NCBI GenBank assembly: GCA_964016885.1
Contig: OZ024749.1
Coordinates: forward strand, 14,880,001 to 14,944,000
Origin: Eledone cirrhosa
Lineage: Eukaryota
DNA: 64,000 nt
Reading direction: 5' to 3'
Shown in pieces: positions 63,666-64,000 of the stretch. Position 1 is the first letter of the stretch. Each line of letters opens with the position of its first letter. The translations under genes were made by a program, and so were the position numbers. Below the pieces are notes generated by a model, which did not search any database, was not told where the DNA came from, and worked only from the letters and a program-made list of their open reading frames with translations.

Positions 63666-64000
63666 GTCGATCTTTCTTTCCCCTTTTCCATATAAAGCAT
63701 AAAGCGTGAAAGACTTTTTGTAGCTCTGTTGTCTCCTTAAACTATATATATATTGTTATACTGTGGGAGGGTCATGCTACCTATAAAAACACGCACCTGT
63801 ATGACGAAAGAACTTTGACAAATTAACAACCATCCGGGGAGAGTTTATAATAAATTGAAGACCAACATTTGATAGTAATATTATTGGCAACATGAGCCTG
63901 TCAAAGTATAGCAATATCTGTTTCAACACACGTTTTCTGATAAGAAATCTTGCAAAACAAATACACGAACAAAACATAACAGTTTGTTTATATATTAATT

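Overview
AT-rich, repeat-saturated animal genomic DNA. The SINE, RTE and microsatellite make-up points to an octopod cephalopod (inference). No host protein-coding exon is recognisable, and almost all long ORFs in the track are translation artefacts of (TA)n/(TACA)n, (GGT)n, (GA)n and minisatellite arrays. The real content is decayed mobile DNA: RTE-clade LINE fragments (a 2.7 kb EN+RT copy at 29.5-32.2 kb), a CR1-clade 3' fragment, a GC-rich CRE-like RLE retrotransposon fragment, two copies of a bipartite RTE-derived element, tRNA-headed SINEs, mariner/Tc1/hAT MITEs, Helitron-like pieces, a 5'-eroded 5S rRNA copy, four minisatellites and a 200-N gap. The main discovery is a dozen or so type I hammerhead-ribozyme (HHR) folds from at least five sequence families that share little beyond the catalytic core. 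All read stemI-CUGANGA-stemII-GAAA-short, mostly palindromic stemIII-UH-stemI'. Several sit in both arms of ORF-less head-to-head fold-back units (15.3-16.2, 17.4-18.1, 32.4-32.9 kb) or in one arm (57.5-57.7 kb). This resembles Penelope-like pseudo-LTR or retrozyme remnants, and one family has an unusually long (~115 nt) stem II. All folds were derived by eye and activity is untested.
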